From assembly GCA_035221665.1 (NCBI GenBank), contig CM069131.1, positions 8,060,001 to 8,124,000 on the forward strand: a stretch of 64,000 nt of DNA, in the 5' to 3' direction. Made by a program: the position numbers and the translations under genes. Below, one piece after another: positions 48,400 through 61,469 of the stretch; position 1 is the first letter of the stretch, and each line of letters starts with the position of its first letter. This DNA is from Okamejei kenojei. Taxonomy: Eukaryota. The notes under the pieces were generated by a model. It searched no databases, was not told the origin of the DNA, and worked only from the letters and a program-made list of their open reading frames with translations.

Positions 48400-50680
48400 G
48401 TTGGGGGAGGGGGTGACCTGGGTGTGGCTGAACAACGGGAATCTCGGATCCGTTCCCCGGCATACTTCTAGTTAACATTCAATCACTCAGGAATAGCTTG
48501 AAGAAGCTACGAACAAGGCTGCTGTTTCAAAGAGAGAACAGAGCCTGCTATGTTCTTTGTTTCACCAAAACATGGCTCACCCCTGACTGGCCTGACCCTG
48601 CGATCCAACCTAAGGGTTTCGCAATTCATCACATGGACGGCAAGGAATCTTCAGGGAAAGGGGGAGCATCTGCTCTTTGGTCAACGTTTCAAGTTGTCCT
48701 CAGGCGACGATCTTTGCTAAATTCTGCCCTCTGACATGGAATAACCCTTTTATCAAATGGCAAGCCTTTTATCCACATAGGAAACGCAACTACTAATCCT
48801 ATTCCTGATCTACGACGATCCCAAGCCAATGCCAAGGTGGCGATGGACAAATTACACATGGCCATCAACTCCCTCAAGGCAACAAACCGTACCTTTAGTC
48901 AGAAGACGAGGGGGAATTTCTTCAGTCAGAGGGTGGTGAATCTGTGGACTTCATTGCCACAGACAGCTGAAAGGGGCCAAGTGTAAGGGTTTTTTTGAAT
49001 GCGGAGATTGATAGATTCCTCATTTGTACGGGTGTCAGGGGTTATGGGGAGAAGGCAGGAGAATGGGGTTGAGAGGGAAAGTTAGATCGGACATGATTGA
49101 ATGGCGGAGTGGACTTGATGGGGCGAATGGCCTAATTCTGCTCCTATCACTTCTGAACGTATGAACAAATCCTGATGTGCTGTTCGTCGTGGCCAGCGAG
49201 CTCATTTCAGGAACACACCCCCATTACCATCAGCATGTCTCTTGTCCCACACACGTTCTTAATGCTCTAGACTACTTCTACATCGCCATCAAGAAAGCCT
49301 ACCATTCTATCCCTCGCCATTACTCCAGCCAGTCTGGTCATCAGTTGGTGCTGCTCCGTGCTGGTCAGTTCACAGACTGATTCAGTCAAGGCAAGTCAAC
49401 TCACTTTTACCTCTATAGCACATTTAAAAAACAACTCTCATTGGCCAAAGTGCTTTACAATTGGTGGAGGTACTAACGTTATCCAACATTGGTTCTTAAC
49501 ATTAATCGCAAGATAGCAGGAAAAAGAGCAATGTAGAGATAGCCTGAGGAGATTGAGGGTTAGGGTTGCCAACTTTCTCACTCCCAAATAAGGGACAAAA
49601 AGTGAAAATGTGCAAGACAAATTCCCGACGGCAATTCGTTGACCGACTCGGCCGTGGCTGGGTGGAATGATGAGTTGGCCCGGGTGCTGGACTGCACACA
49701 AAGCCCAGCCGGCGGGCCAGCTGAGGAGTTTTGGCCCCGGGGGGCCGCGCGCAAAGACCGGCGCCCCATCCAACTCATGAACCGATGATCGGCCGTGAGG
49801 AGGAGGGGTGGTGGTGTCGGCGGTAAGCGAAGGCCCGAAGGTCGGACAGCCGGCCGGGCTGCTGTCCGACGGGGCCACGGGCGAGGCGTTGCTGCTGCTG
49901 CTGCTGCTGCACTCCATGGGCTGCACTACGTCGGGACGGGTGAGGCGGGGCCGGACGCGGCAGCTCCGACCCGACAGTCCCCTCGACCCGAGCAGTAGCA
50001 GTCAAATACGGGACAGGGGCGGTCCCGTATGGGACAAACCAATTTAGCCCAATATACGGGATGTCCCGGCTAATACGGGACAGTTGGCAACTCTATTGAG
50101 GGTCCACTTCAGGACCGCCTTAAGTCAGTGGATTGGAACATGCCCATGAACACTTCATCCAGCCTGAAGCCTGTTATCACTGGTTTATCAATAACGGTGC
50201 TGACGACTCCATTCTGTCCCAGACGATTATGGTTTAGCCCAACCAGTAATGGTGGATGAACAGGGAGAATCACTCTCCACAAAAGCCCCGTTCCAAAGCT
50301 CTCAAGAAAGACGACACCACTCTGTACCAGAAGTCATGGAGTCGCAGAGTGATACAGAGTGGAAACAGGCCCTTCTGGCCCAACTCGCCCACACACCGGC
50401 CAACAATGTCCCCTCTGCACTAGTCCCACCTGCCAGCATTTGGTCCATGTCCCTCCAAACCTGTCCAATCCAGGTCATGGACAAGTATAATCCACCAGGG
50501 CTATTAGGGATGTCAGGAGAGAATTCCAAAACAAAGCAGAGGTTCCACTCAATCAAGTGGATGCCAGGTGACCGTGTCAAGGGTTGAGCGTAACTCCGCA
50601 ATGATAAAGTGATCTGTTTCGGCAACTGCAGCTCAGTAGCTCTAACTTCAACCATGATGAAGCACTTTGAAATAATGATG
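48400..50680 (+). mobile_element. Old Rex1 LINE (APE endonuclease to start of RT) split by several insertions
   Basis: PGILLVNIQSLRN..LCFTKTWL; HQHVSCPT..LDYFY; LQDRLKSVDW; VALTSTMMKHFE occur in colinear order. Confidence 0.8.
49561..50095 (-). mobile_element. hAT MITE, copy 3
   Basis: TIRs TAGGGTTGCCAAC / GTTGGCAACTCTA; perfect 8-bp TSD TTGAGGGT (49553-49560, 50096-50103). Confidence 0.92.
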
Positions 50681-51585
50681 ACAGCCCCACAACTGTGACG
50701 GTCATCTGAACAATCCAGCTTTATTACATAGAATTACAATGCGATCCAGTTAAAAGTTAATGAACCACCACTGTTATTCCCCAACTTGGTCTAAGATTTT
50801 CCACTTAGACAGGGTTAACGTAGTCCTGCCAGAGCTCCCCCGGGAATGTCTACACCTGTAACCACACGAGTAGTTCACAACTCATTGCCTGATGAGCCTT
50901 TTGAAGCTCATGGAATTTTTGTGATGCCACGACTCACAGTGCATAATGCGGGAAGAAGGCAGTGATCGGGTCAGACGACCGGAATGCTGAGCATCGACAG
51001 GCAACGCAGGGCTGCTGGAAGCCTTTTGAGCCACTTCAACCACAATGACGCCTTTCTTTCTTTCCCTGCTCAACTGAAGACCAAAGAAGCAACAGGAAGG
51101 GACGAATAATAGACTGATTGTAAGTTAAAGTCTGGCCTGGAGGCAAAGAGATTTCTTGTCGCCGGTCGTCTTCTCTCTCAGTGACTGCAGTGTCACCTTT
51201 CATGAGGAGGACCTACATTTTATATAATTCAGGGAGATATTTGTGTAGCCTGAACCCAAAGTTGGAATACGTCACTCTCAGACCAGTTGCGTGATTGTAA
51301 CGAGACACAGAGACTGCTTCAAAGTTTCCTGATGTTAACGAGGGTTGGCGTATGACACAGGTTGGCACAGATAGTGAACTTATTGCATTTTAAGGGTGCA
51401 AGTGCCCACATGTCATCAGGCATTGAAAAAAAAATGTAACAAACTAAAGTTTTGATCGTGTATGGAGGGCCCCGTTTCATGTTGCAGTGATGGTACTGTG
51501 ACTTTCCTTAAAAGCAAAGAAACATCGTCAAGACAGACATAGCAGGCAGAAAATTCTTTCACATCCAGACTCATTGCCAGGCAGT

Positions 51586-51614
51586 CTGAAGAAGGGGTCT
51601 CGACCCGAAACGTC
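51586..51614 (+). ncRNA. Minimal type-I hammerhead ribozyme motif
   Basis: CTGAAGAAGGGGTCTCGACCCGAAACGTC in a Penelope tail. Confidence 0.6.
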
Positions 51615-51999
51615 ACCGGAGATGCTGCCTGTCCCGCTGAGTTACTCCAGCACTTTGCGTCCATCTTCGGTGCGGACCAGCATCTGCAGTTCCTTCCCAC
51701 ATACCCATCAGAGCCTGGGTAGCATCAGGGCGAATCTTACAAGCAGGGTGTTAATCGTAATTAATTCACCCAGCTGGAAACTCTCAGAATCTGCAAAATC
51801 CAGATTCAGAGCACTGAACATAGAACAGTACAGTGTAGGAAGAAGGGTCTCGACCCGAAACGTCGCCTATCTCCTTCGCTCCTTAGATGCTGCTGCACCC
51901 GCTGAGTTTCTCCAGCCTTTTGTGTACCCTCGGTTCTCCAGCATCTGCAGTTCCTTCTTTAACACAGTGTAGGAACTTGCCCTGCAGCCCACAATATCG

Positions 52000-52500
52000 G
52001 TGCCAAACATGCTGCCACGTTAAACAAAACTCCTCTGCCTGCACGTGGTTCATATCCCCCCCCATTCCCTGCATATCAAAAAGCTTCTAAAAACCCTCTT
52101 AAACGCCACTATCTCATCAGAACCACCCCTGGCACTGCATTGCAGGGACCTACTACTCTCCGTGTAAAAGACTTGCTCACATATACCGTTTGAAATTTAC
52201 CCCTCTGACATTGAAGCTCTGCCTTCCGGGTCTTTGAAATTTTCATCATGGGAAAATGGATCTGTCTGTTCATTGTACTTATGCCTTTCATAACTTCATT
52301 AACTTCAATCAGATCTCCCTTCAAACTCAAAGCTCCAGCTTAAACAATCCAAGTTTGTCCAAGCACTCCTTTAGCTATTACTCTGTAATGCAGGCACGTT
52401 CCGGTAAAACCACTTCTGCACCTTCCCCAAAGCCTCCGTATCGCCCCTGTAATGGGGAGAGCAGAACAGAACTGCACACAACACTCCAAATGTGGCAGGA
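52000..52500 (-). mobile_element. Old CR1 LINE 3' fragment
   Basis: PHLECCVQFCS; LKGDLIEVNEVMKG; FTRRVVGPCNAVP. Confidence 0.75.
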
Positions 52501-53799
52501 CGTTGCTGGCTTGACCTTGCACTAAACGTCATTCCCTTGTCATGAATCTGTACACTGTAAATGGATCGATTGGAATCATGTATTGCCTTTCTGCTGGCTG
52601 GTTAGCACGCAACGAAAGCTTTTCACTGTACCTCGGTACACGTGACAATAAGCTAAACTGAACTGAAATGAACTGATAATAAAAAGTTTTATAAACCTGC
52701 AGCATGATTTCCTGACACCTACACGCAACATCTCGACTGATGAAGGCAAGCATGCCATGTGCCTTGTTACCACTCTACCAACTTGTGCTGTTGTCACTTT
52801 CAGGGATTTATCAAGTTGGACGACAATATCTCTCTGTGCCTCAATGCTGTTTGGGGTCTTGCCATTAACTGTATACTTTCCCCGTTACATTCGCCCCCCC
52901 AAAGTGGAGGGATTGCTCGGATTAAGTTCAATCTGCCATTTCTCCGCCCATAACTGTAACTGCTGAAGCAAAGCAAGAATGTCATTGTCCTATCAGGGAC
53001 ACACGACAATAAACTCTCTTGAATCTTGAACACGTTTGGCCGAAGATAGACAAATGACGGTGGAGTAACTCGGCGGGACAGGCAACATCTCTGGATGAAA
53101 GGAACGGGTGACATTTTGGGAGGAGACCCTTCTTCAGACTGAGCGTTATGGGCCTGTCCCACTTAGGCGACTCTTAGGCGACTGCCAGGGACTAGTTTTA
53201 ATGGAATTCACCTACGACATCTAGCGACAACCTACGACAGCACCTATGACAACCTACGACAGCAAAAATTGCGACAGCACTGTTGCTGAAAAATTTTCGA
53301 CGTTCAAAATTTTCAACAGCCTGTAGTCGCCCAAACAACCGCCAATAGGGGAGAAGGAGACACTGAGATAAGGAAAGGTAAGGTGTGAAAACGAGACATT
53401 AAAAGAGATGCAGCTCAGGGAAAATGTAGAATAGATCATTGTGAGCGAGGAGAAGTGGACAACAAAGCAAACAGAGATAAAATGTAATCGGGGACAGTTA
53501 GTCGGGGAAGGATGGAGAGAGAGGGAAAGCAAGGGATTACTTGAAGTTAGATAAGTCTATATTCATACTGTTGGTGTCGCCAGTCATCAGGTGTTCCTCT
53601 CTTGCCTCTCCAAATAACCTGGGATAGATTCAGTCAGACGCTGGAGATTTATCCCCCTTAGTGCTTTTTAAAAAACCCAACACCACTTCCTTCTAGATCT
53701 CACACTTCCCTCACCAATTAGAATATCCCACACTGTCCTCTCTGTCCTCCATGCCCTTCTCCTTGGTGAAGACAGGTGCAAAGTGCTCATGGGTCGGGA

Positions 53800-54005
53800 G
53801 GAACTGCAGATGCTGCTCGAAACCAAAGACTGACACAAAAAGCTGGAGCAACTCAGCGGGCCAGGCAGCATCTCTGGAGAAAAGGAATGGGTGACGTTTT
53901 GGGTCGAGACGGTCGGGTCTGAAGGAGGGTCTCGACCCAAAAACGTCACCCATTCCTTCTCTCCAGAGATGCTGTCTGTCCCACTGAGTTACTCCCGCTT
54001 TTTGT
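53800..54005. mobile_element. Penelope-like terminal fold-back
   Basis: Inverted tails joined at the hammerhead region; a similar one lies at 54388-54590. Confidence 0.8.
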
Positions 54006-57000
54006 GCCTAATTTCATGCAAAGTGCTAATTTAGTACCTGGCCTACATCCTCTGACTCATGGCACAAATTCCCTCCTTTACACTTGAGTTGTCCTTCTTT
54101 TCCCAACTTGCCTCTTGTTTTTAATGTACATATCAAAAGCCTTGGGATTTTCTTTAATCCAAGTTGACAATCATATCCCATGGCCTTTTTGGCCATTCTA
54201 ACTGTCTGCTTGAGTTATTTCCTACTTGCTTTATATTTCTCAAAGGCCCTGTCTGATTTAATTTGCCTAAACCTTACAAAGGCTTTCTTTTCAAAAAGAA
54301 AATTACAACCACTGATAACCTAAGGTTCCCTTGCCTTGCCTTCCCATCTCTATCCCTTCTCCTCACTGGAACATGCTCGTCCTGAATGTGCAGGAAGGAA
54401 CTGCAGCCTCTAGTTTAAACCAAAGGTAGACACAAAATGCTGGAGTAACTCAGCAGGACAGGCAGCATCTCTGGAGAGAAGGAATGGGTGACGATTCGGG
54501 TCCGGAAGGGTCTGAAGAAGGGTCTCGACCCAAAACGTCATCCATTCCTTCTTTCCAGAGAAGCTGCCTGACCCGCTGAGTTACCCCAGCATTACGCTGG
54601 TACTGAACTCTGATCAGCTGCGCTTTAAAGGACTCCCACATATCTGTTGTGGATTTACCCAATAAAACCCGTCTCATGGTTTTCACTCGCGGTAATGACG
54701 TACAATTAACGTAGCGGGAACGTCGGAACTTGCGGACACAACTTAGCGACTCGTGGCGCTAACGGCAGGTACCCGTGAAACTTGTTAACTCTTGAAAAAA
54801 TTCAAACATGTTTAAAGTTTTCCACGAGTCAAACATTTAAACTCGGTGTAAGAACGTAGTGGCCCGTGCGTTTACCGTAGTGACTCGTGAGTCTACCGTG
54901 GGCACTCTTTAACTCAGCGGGCAGGCAGCATCTCTGGAGAGAAGGATTGGGTGACGGGATGACGTTTCCAAATTTCTGCTGCGTCTTTGTGTAACTCCAG
55001 CACCGTGTGTTCACTTTTTGTCAACCAGCATCTGCCGTTTCTTGTGTATGACATTATTTGTATTTGTGGCAGTTGATTGTCGCTCCCTTCAGTTTCCCAG
55101 GGGGTCGGGACGGGACTGGAGTTGCTAGGGAATGGTGGGGGGGGGAGGAGGGAGGGGTGGGGGGGTGGGTGGGCGGGGGAGGAGGGAGGGGAGGGGGGGG
55201 GGGGGGGTTGGGGTGACTTTGTACGGAAGACAAGTGTACTGACTGTGTGAGCAGACACTTTGGTAGTGATTGCCCATGGGGTTCACTGTCGAGGACTTCA
55301 TAATGCAGAGAGCATTATAAACAGTGGAGCGATTAACCCTGGAAAGGGGGGAGACTTCTCTCTGAGTTGGACCCAGGAAACTGAAGCAGGAATTTTCTTG
55401 AGGTTATTAACGACAGATAAATGGATGGGAAGGGTTTAGAGGGCTGTGGGCCACATGCAGGCAAATAGGACTACCCCAAGATGCCAACTTGGATGGCACG
55501 GCCAAGCTGGGCCGAAGGACCTGTTTCCATGTTGTACAGCACCATGACTAAGGCCTATCCAGTGGGATTGACATGTTTTGTATTTTTCCTTTCTAAAGAT
55601 GCAGTGTATTTTGGTGACTATTGCACACTGCAGACCAGAAGCGCCTTCAATACCCAGAGAGAAGGGATGGGCGGGTTAGGTGAGCAGGAGAGTGGGGTTG
55701 TTTGCAGTTGCAGAGGGAGGGGGCAAGGGCGGTACAGTTCCCAGTCTCAGCTCCTGTTCCACCGAGCGTGTGGACGTGGACGGGTGGCTTGGTTGGCGGC
55801 GGCCCATGGCGTGGCAGAGCCGGCGTGCCAGCTGACTCCCATCCCCTTGCCCCCCCCCCCCCACCGGTCCGTGGCCACTGAGAGAGAGCCCTCAAGCACC
55901 TGCCCCGGGGCGAAGGCACTGACCTGCCCGACGTGAAGACCCCCGCGCCCGGTGCAATGGGCGGGGAGCTGGAGAGGGGAGGAAGGGGTCACACACATGG
56001 CCGGGAAGCAGAGGGGTGGGGGGTGGGCGACAGACAGGGCCAACAATGAGATGGAGACAGACAGAAACACCGACGTGCAAAGGAGACCTACAATAGCGCA
56101 TGATCTCTCTCGCGTTATGGTGGGTGATTGTCGCCTGCCCGCTGTTTCTGACGCTAAAGCCTTGGGACCGCTGCCCTTCGTGTTGGCGTGGAGGGGGAGG
56201 GGGTTATTGTGCTGTTTGATCGCCCCCTGCTATCCCAGGGACCGGGAGACACAGCGGCTTTTGAGACTGGTGGGCAATCACTACCAAAGTGTCTGCCCAC
56301 ACAGTCAGTACACCTCTCCTACACTTGTCTCCCGCACTAAGATCATCCCGCAGAGAATGATCCCAGCCTAACCCAAGAGCCTTGTCACCCCAGACAGATT
56401 AATGACCCCTGCGCACCCCCCCCCCCCCCCCCAAACCCAACCTCCCTCCACCTCAACTTACGCCTGGGCACCAAAGCAGCTCAGGAGGCGAACCCTGAGC
56501 TCCGTCTCCCAACAATCTGATGTGCAACTGATGTGAAAGAACAGTGGCTGGGTCTTCTCACACCCTCACACATGAAAAGTGTGTGCGAATAAACAAAAAT
56601 AAGGAATAAAACCAAAGCCCGGCTTGAAAGGCAACTAAAAATATATTCCGCTTAGAACGAGCAGGCGCGGAGATATCCGTCCACATTCAAAGATTTCATC
56701 TCCCGTCTCCCCGCAGTGTGTAGACCTGGCAGTATATTAAATTAAAATATAACAAACCTCCGCCCGCTGGTCTTCAAACTACGTTATGTGTGTTTCAAAC
56801 AAATCATAAGTATAATTGCTCTGGCACAGGACGGTGCGCATTTTCCCTTTGCAGGTCATATCAATAGATGCGGCCGCGCTGAATTCTATCTTTAACTCAA
56901 AGCAGCAGGATGGAGATGTCTTCTTTAACACTGTTGCTTATTAAAACAGACCTTCATTCACGGTTGGCTCAAGAGTAACTCGGGAGAGGAACTTGGTAAC

Positions 57001-57547
57001 TCGGGAGAGGAACTTGGAACATCGCAGAAATGACATACCGGTGGGAACTCGGTTAAACACTTGAACATAAACTTGGAATCTCGTACACAACCCCGAGTCT
57101 GTTTTTTTTCTTTCACACGGGGTCACTCGTGGTTGGACTCGCACCGTGAGACGGGGCCATAACAGCAACTCCCATTCATGCTCTGTAGTTCCTGCTTAAT
57201 CATTTTGTCATCTGTTTTATCCCAATACAGTACTCTCCCCACCCACGGTCCAAACTTGTCCTTTAATGCTTCTGAAATTCACTCACTGTCTCCTTGAATG
57301 CCACACAAAATTGAGTGGAGTTAAAAGCCAGTGTTGCACCCAATCCTGTTAATTTCCTGGCCTCCAGGTTTTGGTGGCCCACTCAGTCCTGCAGTCATAT
57401 TCTCATTAGCGCAAAGCAGACAGGGACATCGCTCCAGTACCTACTTTTCCTAATCCCATAAAAATTCCAGCAAAATTACACGCCAGGAGGTTTTTACAAA
57501 GTCTACTTTCCTTCACCCTCAACAAGGAGACCATGATGGCTCAATCT

Positions 57548-57966
57548 GAATTCCAACACCTCCGCTCGGTCCGCACTAACCAACCTGATCTCCCGGTGGC
57601 TCAGCACTTCAACTCCCCCTCCCATTCCGAATCCGACCTTTCTGTCCTGGGCCTCCTCCGTGGCCAGAGTGAGTCCCACCGCAAATTGGAGGAGCAGCAC
57701 CTCATATTGCGCTTAGGTAATTCACACCCCAGCGGTATGAACATTGACTTCTCTAATTTCAGATAGTCCTTGCTTTCTCCCTCCTTCCCTTCCCCCTTCC
57801 GAGCTCTCGCACAGGCCTAATGTCTCTGCCTCTTCCTTTCTTCCCCCCCCCCCCCCCCCCCCCCCCCCCCCGACATCAGTCTGAAGAAGGGTCTTGACCT
57901 GAACGATCCCCTATTCCTTCTCTCCATGGATGCTGCCTCACCCGCTGAGTTCATCCAGCATTTTTG
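57548..57966 (+). mobile_element. Penelope-like element 3' part (GIY-YIG C-terminus and terminal repeat)
   Basis: HLRSVRTNQPDLPVAQHFNSPSHSESDLSVLGL..RKLEEQHLILRLG..PSGMNIDF, followed by a decayed hammerhead at ~57881. Confidence 0.9.
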
Positions 57967-60789
57967 GCTCCCTTCTAATGGAATAGAGGTAATTAATGGC
58001 CAAGAATCGTCAATTCTCACCATGCGACTGTTGGCAAATATTAAGTGTGTCCTGGTTATGGATCAGATTGCAGGTATCCATGGCTCGGGCAGTTCTCAGC
58101 CCTGCCAGGTCATCACAGTCAGGTCTTCCTTTTACTGTGCACACTGTACCCTCCTGGGATAACCGGAGACCTGGAAAAATTGGTCTGAAATTGTCAAGTA
58201 CCTTCAAACTGATCAGCAATTCTCCTGCAAATATAACAGCCCCCAAATCATTTATCCATCAGAGACTCAAGCAAGGGCAGCAGAACAAAGATTGTGGAAA
58301 GACAAGAACCCGTGTCCGGGATTCTGCCAGCCGGGAATGGCTGAAGAACCTTTGAAAGAATGCAGAGCAGATTCACTCAAGTGTACCAAATTATAAAACA
58401 AAGAGCAAAGGCCAAGCTTGCACCTACGCAAAGAAAATTAAAGCTTGAAATGAAGGTTAATCGGGATGATTAAAAGAATTGAGATGATCGGGCGAAAAAA
58501 ACCAAAACATTTTTGCCAGGGGGGCCATCAATAACATCAGAGCCTTTTGTTGAAATTAAATATGGAATGTAGAGTAAGTCCTTCTTCATACAAAGGATCA
58601 TAGCAGAATGGAACTCACTGTGCAAAACACTGCAGGCCAAAGTAAAGTGAAATATTAAAATTACATAGATTGAATTTGTTCGGCAAGAAAACAAAGTATT
58701 GCAGAACCAAGTGTTAACGAAGGAACTGCAGATGCTGGAGAATCGAGGGTACACAAAAGGCTGGAGAAACTCAGCGGGTGCAGCAGCATCTAAGGAGCGA
58801 AGGAGATAGGCGACGGTTCGGGTCGAGACCCTTCTTCAGACTGGTCAGGGATCAGGGAAACGAGAGATATAGACGGTGATGTGGAGAGATAAAGAACAAT
58901 GAATGAAAGATATGCAAAAAAGTATCGATGATAAAGGGATATCTTTCATTCATTGTTCTTACGTTATTCGTAAGTCGGGAGTGTAAATTTGCAGTCGGGG
59001 CGAAGGAGAGCAAGAATAATACTTGGGCCTAAGACCTCAGGTTGTGGTCAGTATATTGCCAGATCTGCTGTGAAAAATGGTCTAGGATCATCAGAGCACT
59101 TGTGAACTTCCCTTTTTGCACAGATTCTTCTCCTTGCTTTCTCAAAAGTGCTAACAGCTCAGCGGGAGCTCAGGACTTTTCTGTATCTAAGCACGTCCCA
59201 AACAAAGCAGTCAAAAGTCAAACAAGGCAGAAGCCAAGCAGTACAATTGGGCTCGGCTTGGCTGGAACTGGAATAGCAGTCAGGCAGTCAGCTGCAACAC
59301 AAGTGGACTCCTTAAATAATAACATCTTCAATTCTGTGCCGGTGAATGGAAGTCCAACCTCACTGGTTGACCTCACATTGGCAACGTGACAACAGTGCTG
59401 CGGTCAAAGCCAGAGCCATTACATACGTGTGGATTGGCCCTTATCTGTTTACTTCATCCCCTTCTTATGCCACCCAATTTTGCAGGACGTTGCCGTTTGG
59501 CAATCCTTTATTTCTCACAACAGAGCCTGGAGATGTTTCACCATGGAGACGCACTCAGCATGCACCAAAAATAAAGGATTCTTGCAGAGGAGCCAGCCGG
59601 CTGCTGAACGGCAGCGCAAATATATTAATTCCAAATCAATGAAATATGCAGCACACAGTTTGCTGTTGGGTCACCATACAAATCCTCAATGCTGCAGTCG
59701 GATCACCCCACTGCAAGGAGATGGAGTGTAAAAAAACGCCATGGGTCTTTGTCTGCCGCAGAATTTGTCAATTATCTTTAATGTGGCTTTGAAATAATGA
59801 GTTCGTACTGGAACTAACTTCCTTTGCTCAAGTTCGAGATGAAAGCCTGGAGACTAATTGACAACAGAAGCAGGTCAGCCTGTTTGATCTGTGAATTAGT
59901 CAAGAAGAGAAGGTCATTTTCAAACTCACCCGCAGGCAGTAAGCACCATGATGGAGCAGTTCACCTGCCTGTTGTAGGATCCAGCTGATTTTTATCCTTC
60001 GTATTACCACCCAGACAGTAGAGCCAGAAATGATTGAGGTAATAATATTGTGTAGGAAGGAAGTGCAGATGCTGGTTTACACCGAAGATAGACGCAGGCA
60101 GCGTATCTAGAGAGAAGGAATGGGTGGCGTTTCGGGTCGAGATCTGAAGAAGTCTGAAGTCTGGCGTCTGAAGAAGGGTCTCGACCCCGAAACGTCACCC
60201 TGTCCTTCACTCTAGATATCCTGCCTGTCCCGCTGAGTTACTCCAGCATTTAGTGTCTACTTTCGAGGTATTAACACTACCTCAAAGCACCAAAGGACAA
60301 ACAGGGCTGGAAAAAATCCAAATACAAGTGTTTGACACCGAAACGTCACCCTGTCCTTCACTCTAGATATGCTGCCTGTCCCGCTGAGTTACTCCAGCAT
60401 TTTGTGTTTGTCAATAAACCTGGGTAAAATTTGTTTCATTCTACTCTCGTACGAGTGTTTTCGTCTTTAGATAATCAGTGGGTTTAGATTGTTATCAATA
60501 TTTCTCTTATGTATTGAGGTTGCTTTATCCATGGAGCTAAACTCCCTGCAAATCTTATTGGAATATCAGCTCTGATTGAATGCCGCTACCTGGTGTGTGA
60601 ATGTTCGCTCTCTGCATAAGTAGTGTTTGAGTTGATGAGTATTTCCAGCATGAACTATCGCTCCAAAATAAAACAATAATGCGACTGGATTGTTCTGGAC
60701 CACTCGCTACTGAACATCCATCCCCACTTACTAACATTACACAGGATTTATCTCACCAGCCCTCTGCATCACACGACAGCAGCTGCATT

Positions 60790-61140
60790 GACACGATACG
60801 ATAGAACGTTATTTATCCCAGGAGGGGAACTGGTCTGCCAACAGTCATAAAAACACAAGGTACATGAAACGTGAAATTTAAGTGACGAGTGGAAAGGATT
60901 GGGGGGGATGTGCAAAGATTGGGGAGGATGGAGTGGGGGGGGGGGGGAGTGGGTTGGGGAGGAGGGGAGTCAGTCTCAGTCTACCCCACGACAGAAGGGG
61001 GAGGGGTTGTACAGTTTGATAGCCACAGGGAAGAAGGATCCCCTGTGGCGTTCTGTGCTGCATCTTGGTGGAACCAGTCTGTTGCTGAAGGCGCTCCTCA
61101 GGTTGACCAGTGTGTCATGGAGGGGGTGAGCTGTATTGTC
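60790..61140 (-). mobile_element. Rex1 LINE 3' end
   Basis: NTAHPLHDTLVNLRSAFSNRLVPPRCSTERHRGSFFPVAIKLYN plus 3' UTR. Confidence 0.9.
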
Positions 61141-61249
61141 CAGGGAATAACATGGTAATTGATGGCAAATTGTCAAGGCTGGTGTAAAATACTCGAGCAC
61201 ACTGGAAGCAGATCTGTATTATTTAGGAAATCTACATGTCGTTTAGTTT

Positions 61250-61460
61250 AAGAAGGAACTGCAGATGCTGGAAAAATCGAAGGTAGACATAAATGCTGGA
61301 GAAACTCAGCGGGCGAGGCAGCGTCTATGGAGCGAAGGAATAGATGACGTTTCGGGTCGAGACCCTTATTCAGACTGAAGGGTCTCGACCCGAAACGTCA
61401 CCTATTCCTTCGCTCCATAGATACTGCCTCACCCACTGAGTTTCTCCAGCATTTTTGTGA
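61250..61460. mobile_element. Penelope-like terminal fold-back (subfamily B)
   Basis: Inverted tails joined at the hammerhead core. Confidence 0.8.
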
Positions 61461-61469
61461 ACTTGTCAT

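Noticed and set aside
50889-50915. CTGATGAG as another hammerhead
   Set aside because: No correctly placed GAAA or helix III; it is only a simple hairpin.
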